From positions 56,956 to 120,955 of the forward strand of contig JANOVM010000036.1 in the NCBI GenBank assembly GCA_031417395.1: a stretch of 64,000 nucleotides of DNA, in the 5' to 3' direction. The notes under the pieces are model-generated. The model had not been told where the DNA came from, made no database searches, and saw only the letters and a program-made list of their open reading frames with translations. The stretch's first letter is position 1. Each line of letters begins with the position of its first letter. A program made the translations under genes and the position numbers. The stretch comes from Bacteroidota bacterium (GTDB taxonomy: Bacteria > Bacteroidota > Bacteroidia > AKYH767-A > 2013-40CM-41-45). Shown in pieces: positions 61,897-64,000 of this stretch.

Positions 61897-64000
61897 ATGA
61901 AAATACTGTTTTTCGCTTTTGGATTTTACTTCATACTGTTTGCCTATGCAAATGGTCAGGGCGTATTGCGCGGAAAAGTTACTGATGAAAAGGGTGAAAC
62001 ACTTATTGGCGTTGCAATTGTTCTTAAATCAAACCCCGGAATTGGCACTACAACCGACTTAGACGGTAATTATTCACTCAAAATTCAGAGTGCCGGTCTA
62101 CAGACAATTGTTTTGAAGTACGTTGGTTTTATTTCAATTGAAGAAGCTGTTAATCCGGTTAATGGAGAAGTCGTGGTTAGGAATTATACCTTGAAATCTT
62201 CTTCTCAGGAGATGAAAGAAGTCGAAGTTACAGCAAAAGCTGTAAAAGCCAGAGATTATTACGTTGAGAAATTAAAAAGAAATTCCGCAACAACACTGGA
62301 TTATATATCTTCTGAGACACTTAAAAAAACGGGGGATGCAAATGTATTAAATGCTGTAGCCAGAGTTTCAGGAGTTTCTACGAACAATGATTTTATTACG
62401 GTTCGGGGTATTGGAGACCGATACGTAAAAACATCGATAAACGGATCGGTAATTCCAACCCTTGATCCTTTTACTAATAATATTAAACTTGATTTATTTC
62501 CATCCACGCTGATTGATAATATAATTATTACCAAGACCGCAAGTCCTGATTTACCGGGTGATTGGTCCGGAGCTTATTTATCTGTTGAAACCAAAGACTA
62601 TCCTGAGAATTTTTCAGTAAATGTTGAAACTTCTTTAGGGTATAATAATCAATCAACATTTAAAGATGTTATATCTTCTCAGCATAGTTCTACCGACTGG
62701 ATCGGCTATGATAATGGTTTGAGAAACCGTAACCATGGAGAATTTGTTTCAGCTGTTATTAATCCTAGTCAATACCAGGAATTTCTAGCACTGGGCCTTG
62801 GTTCTTATTATAATTCTTTAGGAATAAATGAAAATAATTGGGGTCAGGGTACAAATACAGGAGAAACATATTTTAAATTAGGTCTTATTCAATTGGGATT
62901 ATTGGCTCCCGGCCTTATAAACGATGCTGATGCCATTGCAACGGCAAAAGACGCATATTTGAGTGGCCCATACAAAGCCCAAGCCTTTACTGTACTAAAT
63001 TCTAAAGTACCTGAAACAGGAAAATCCTTTCCTGTAAATTGGAATACCGTTAAAAGAAAAGCACCTTTAAATTTTAGCCAGTCATTTAGTATAGGAAATC
63101 AAATTAGCTTTTTAGGAAAACCCTTGGGCTATCTCGTGGGTTTTAAGTATGGTAGTTCTATTCAATACGACCCCGATGCAAAAGAAAACCGTGAAAAGTT
63201 TGATGGTGGATTATCTTCTGCAGTTACACAGGAATTGAGTAAAGAAACAAATGGATGGAATGGTTTGGTAAATTTATCTTTTAAACCTTCTCCGAATAAT
63301 AGTTTTTCATTTGTATTTATGCCCAACTTAGTTGGGACTAATAAAGTTAAAAATCCTCTTGATAAAAGAGATGTGTCTACTTATGTGTGGACAAATAGTA
63401 TGTATTATGAACAAAGACGTCAGTTAGTTTATCAGGTTAAATCTGAAAATTATTTTCCCGTTTCGAAAATTAAAATGGAATTAAACGCATCTTATACAGA
63501 TGGTAAAAGCAGTGCTCCGGATTTCAAGAATTTACAATACTTCCAAGATCCGATCTCCAATAGTTTTCAAATTGGCGGAACAATTGGTGATGGAATTCAC
63601 AGGTACTATCGATATTTAAATGATGATCTTTTTGATTCAAGAGTTTCTTTCCAAATTCCACTTTCTTCTAAGCCGGGTATTGAGAAGAAAATAAAATTCG
63701 GCGGTGGTTATCAGTTTAATAATAAGAAAAGTGATCAGTACGATTATGCTTTGAACTTTGGTCCCAATTCTACTTTAGTATTGACCAATAGGGATATTGA
63801 TAATTTTTTATTGCTAAGTAATTTTGATATACATAATTACACGGATATTTATGGTCATAGCTTTAATACCATTGATACCTACTACGTATTAAATACATCT
63901 CCCGCCAATAATACTTTTGGTAAAAGTAAACTATTATCATTTTTTGCAATGACCGATTTAAATCTTTCTTCCCGATTAAGATTTTCCGGCGGTGTTAGAT
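61897..64000 (+). CDS. TonB-dependent receptor (CarboxypepD_reg-like N-terminal domain + plug + barrel), 3' end outside window
   Basis: ATG at 61897. Signal peptide. VLRGKVTDEKGETLIGVAIV carboxypeptidase-regulatory-like domain. Plug-domain motifs (ATTLDYISSETLKKTG, VRGIGDRY). Frame stays open to the window end. Confidence 0.7.
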   Translation, partial: MKILFFAFGFYFILFAYANGQGVLRGKVTDEKGETLIGVAIVLKSNPGIGTTTDLDGNYSLKIQSAGLQTIVLKYVGFISIEEAVNPVNGEVVVRNYTLKSSSQEMKEVEVTAKAVKARDYYVEKLKRNSATTLDYISSETLKKTGDANVLNAVARVSGVSTNNDFITVRGIGDRYVKTSINGSVIPTLDPFTNNIKLDLFPSTLIDNIIITKTASPDLPGDWSGAYLSVETKDYPENFSVNVETSLGYNNQSTFKDVISSQHSSTDWIGYDNGLRNRNHGEFVSAVINPSQYQEFLALGLGSYYNSLGINENNWGQGTNTGETYFKLGLIQLGLLAPGLINDADAIATAKDAYLSGPYKAQAFTVLNSKVPETGKSFPVNWNTVKRKAPLNFSQSFSIGNQISFLGKPLGYLVGFKYGSSIQYDPDAKENREKFDGGLSSAVTQELSKETNGWNGLVNLSFKPSPNNSFSFVFMPNLVGTNKVKNPLDKRDVSTYVWTNSMYYEQRRQLVYQVKSENYFPVSKIKMELNASYTDGKSSAPDFKNLQYFQDPISNSFQIGGTIGDGIHRYYRYLNDDLFDSRVSFQIPLSSKPGIEKKIKFGGGYQFNNKKSDQYDYALNFGPNSTLVLTNRDIDNFLLLSNFDIHNYTDIYGHSFNTIDTYYVLNTSPANNTFGKSKLLSFFAMTDLNLSSRLRFSGGVR

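Noticed and set aside
1-64000. Stop-codon reassignment as an explanation for the in-frame TGA (7983-7985) and TAG (42185-42187)
   Set aside because: Two different stop codons are involved. All other ~55 genes terminate normally, with TGA, TAG and TAA all used as real stops, so recoding is not supported. Pseudogenes or sequence errors are more parsimonious.
1-64000. tRNA/rRNA genes
   Set aside because: Scanned intergenic regions for the GTTCGAnTC T-loop and for TAGCTCAG/AGAGC D-loop signatures and rRNA-like GC-rich blocks. None found.

Overview
AT-rich (roughly one-third GC) chromosomal segment that looks like Bacteroidota: at least 11 secreted proteins end in a T9SS-type C-terminal sorting domain, with PKD/DUF11 adhesin-like proteins, a PNGase F-like protein and a TonB-dependent receptor. 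Housekeeping blocks are sdhC-sdhA-sdhB (31.2-34.7 kb), nrdA-nrdB (35.7-39.1 kb), a dimeric-type glycine-tRNA ligase (47.4-48.9 kb) and prs-ctc-pth (50.1-52.6 kb). The most interesting region is a ~10 kb island (13.3-23.2 kb, all minus strand). It holds a translationally coupled operon of an HTH regulator, a permuted N4/N6 methyltransferase with a zinc ribbon, a gamma-class N6-adenine methyltransferase with a TaqI_C-like specificity domain, and a 1085-aa MmeI-family (Type IIG/IIL-like) nuclease-methyltransferase fusion whose nuclease motif looks degenerate. A second operon of three proteins of unknown function (268/128/180 aa) follows. Both operons are preceded by ~290 bp GT-skewed (CA-rich in transcript sense), GC-elevated leaders that share motifs, which suggests one co-regulated and possibly undescribed restriction/defence-like module. 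Other signals: a dispersed repeat family built from paired 12-mer boxes (AAGGTAATAAGG) at fixed 41-42 bp spacing in two long intergenic regions; degenerate heptamer arrays (AAGTACT)n directly upstream of several housekeeping genes; three apparently disrupted genes (in-frame TGA, in-frame TAG, frameshift at a T7 tract); and a ~2 kb tandem duplication of a T9SS cargo gene. No CRISPR, rRNA, tRNA, intact transposase or integrase was seen.
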